A stretch of DNA of 64,000 bases, from the NCBI GenBank assembly GCA_036172245.1, contig JAYWIR010000005.1, forward strand, positions 2,294,001 through 2,358,000, given 5' to 3'. The notes under the pieces are model-generated. The model did not search any database, was not told the DNA's origin, and saw nothing but the letters and a program-made list of their open reading frames with translations. This document shows, piece by piece, positions 62,401 through 64,000 of this stretch. The position numbers and the translations under genes were made by a program. This stretch comes from Raillietiella orientalis (Eukaryota). Within the stretch, counting starts at the first letter, position 1; each line of letters opens with the position of its first letter.

Positions 62401-64000
62401 GTTGGCGCTCGGCCCCGGCTCGATATTCGGCCAGCTGACGGACATTGGGGGTCCTCTCGTACAGGTGGTATTGTAAATAGGCCCTATGGTTCCGAGCACC
62501 CTTTCCAAATCCGGGGGGCAGGCGGTGCAGGGGGAACTCCTCGCAGAACTCGCGGACCGAGGCCTTGAAGAGGTCCCAGTCTTTGAGACTGCGGAGGGTG
62601 ACGCCTCTCAGGAATTCGCGAAGGTGTTCTTTCGCACCTGAGAGCCGCATCCAGTCTTCAGGCAATCGCCACGCCCTAACCGGTGGTCCTTTATCGCGCG
62701 GGCATATCTCGGCGATTAACCTGGAATGGTCCGACAGCGTCGACGCAACTTTTCCTGGTTTGCGGACCCGCGAGCACAGGTCGACATCCAGAAAGAAGTG
62801 GTCGATGCTGCGGTCCTTTCCCTCCGCGTGCTCCAACAAGTTGCGCGTGCGCATGGCAGCGCAAAACACGTTGGCCGTTCGTTCTTGTGCTTCGGGCTCA
62901 CCTGACAGCAGACGGAGATTAAAGTCCCCAGCTATCAGGTGTGCCTTCCGCACGTTCGTATCGGCCAGCCAGTCGCGCTTCAGGGTTTCCAGCAGCCTGG
63001 TACGGTCGCTGTATCCCCCTTTTCCGCAAGGGGCGTACACGTTCGTGACGATCAGTTCGATCGAGTCGTACCAGCTGAGAATCAGCTGACCGACCCGACC
63101 GTCGTCATCGAAGCGTACGCCCTTCACGGCAGCGTCGATGGCCGGCTTCACGAAAAACGCGACTCCACAGGTGTTGCGGGCGCCGCATCGCCAATACAGT
63201 CGACCCCCCCGCGATCGTCTCGATCTCCTGGACGTCTGCCGAGGTTATCACGTGGATCTCCTGCAGCAGGGCCAGGTCGAACTCACGCAGGGTGTCGGCC
63301 GTATCGTCTGTTCCTGTCGTCGCGCAGCCCGTTGACGTTCCAACTGGCCACGCGTATTCGACGGCGACAGGCGAGCACAGGTTTTATTCCTGGGAAATCA
63401 ACTCTGCGGCGGGACGCTAGTTAGGGCAGGAGGGACAGGTGCCTCGAGCACCTGGTCCCCCTGCTCCATCGGTGACGAAGCGTCGGGCGGGTCACCCTCC
63501 GGTGGGTACGCGCCTACCTGTTGGCCCTCCTATATACGGGTGGGCTGTACAGGGTCCGCGCCGGCAGGGAGGACTTCGCCCCCCTGCTCACCCTCCTCCA
63601 TGGGGGTGGCCTGCTCGACGACTTCCGCGCGTGGGATTTCCCCCTCCGGGATTCCCACGCTGCCGTCAGCTTCCTACTTCTCCTCCTCGCTCGTGGAGAG
63701 GAGGCGCCTCCTCGGCTTTTGGGACTTGCGTCCCGACTTCCGGGGGGGTACCTCCGACGAGGAAAATGCACTTCCGGCCCCCAGGCCGCACTCACCTGCG
63801 GGCCTTCTTCGGCGGAGCCGGCCTTCGCACGGCCCTGCGTGAGGGGTTCTCACGCTCGGCCAGCGTGGCCGCGAGCTCCTCCTCCGCCTGCGCGAACGCC
63901 GCGTCCTCGCTTTCGGCGCGCGCTTCGCGCGGCTCACCCTCTGTGCAAACAGAGGGTTCGTCGTCGCGAACCTCGGGCGCGGCGGAAACGGCGAGGGGAG
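59482..64000 (-). mobile_element. Tx1-like LINE K: ORF1 C-terminus, complete ORF2 (63384-59692, few lesions), 3' UTR; runs off the window
   Basis: APE, intact GFGKG linker, RT with YADD inside the longest open frame in the track (693 aa), C-terminal Cys motif, family 3' terminus at 59482. Confidence 0.94.

Noticed and set aside
27000..62500. Long opposite-strand ORFs (e.g. 26815-28182, 59227-60612, 33382-34233) as real genes
   Set aside because: They are antisense shadows of GC-rich retrotransposon coding sequence and cross element junctions.

Overview
Eukaryotic (probably invertebrate/arthropod) genomic DNA in three zones. (1) 1-21.4 kb: AT-rich intron/intergenic-like DNA with GC-rich islands that look like decayed exons, including a beta-repeat protein pseudogene at about 16.2-18.35 kb. 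(2) 21.4-25.0 kb: an endogenous CRESS-DNA virus of about 3.2 kb with convergent Cap and nanovirus/alphasatellite-like Rep. It appears to be one genome length, opened inside Rep motif I and bracketed by pieces of a Tx1-like retrotransposon. (3) 25.5-64 kb: a solid block of about 13 Tx1/L1-clade non-LTR retrotransposon copies (CCHC ORF1; APE-RT-CCHC ORF2), all with stops or frameshifts. The block reads as a Russian-doll nest in which each element sits antisense inside another copy (10 of 11 readable junctions). Three diverged hosts are cut at the same Gly-Phe-Gly codons just after the endonuclease. The elements end in a conserved AATAAA-like signal, a short hairpin and AAC with no poly(A), start with a conserved GACGTG motif, and link ORF1 to ORF2 by a TAATG-type stop/start that has often lost its AUG. 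The best candidate for a new system is this self-targeting, antisense-nesting retrotransposon family, which also seems to have captured a whole ssDNA virus genome. All boundaries were read by eye; no database searches were run. Element labels (A1, B1...) are mine.
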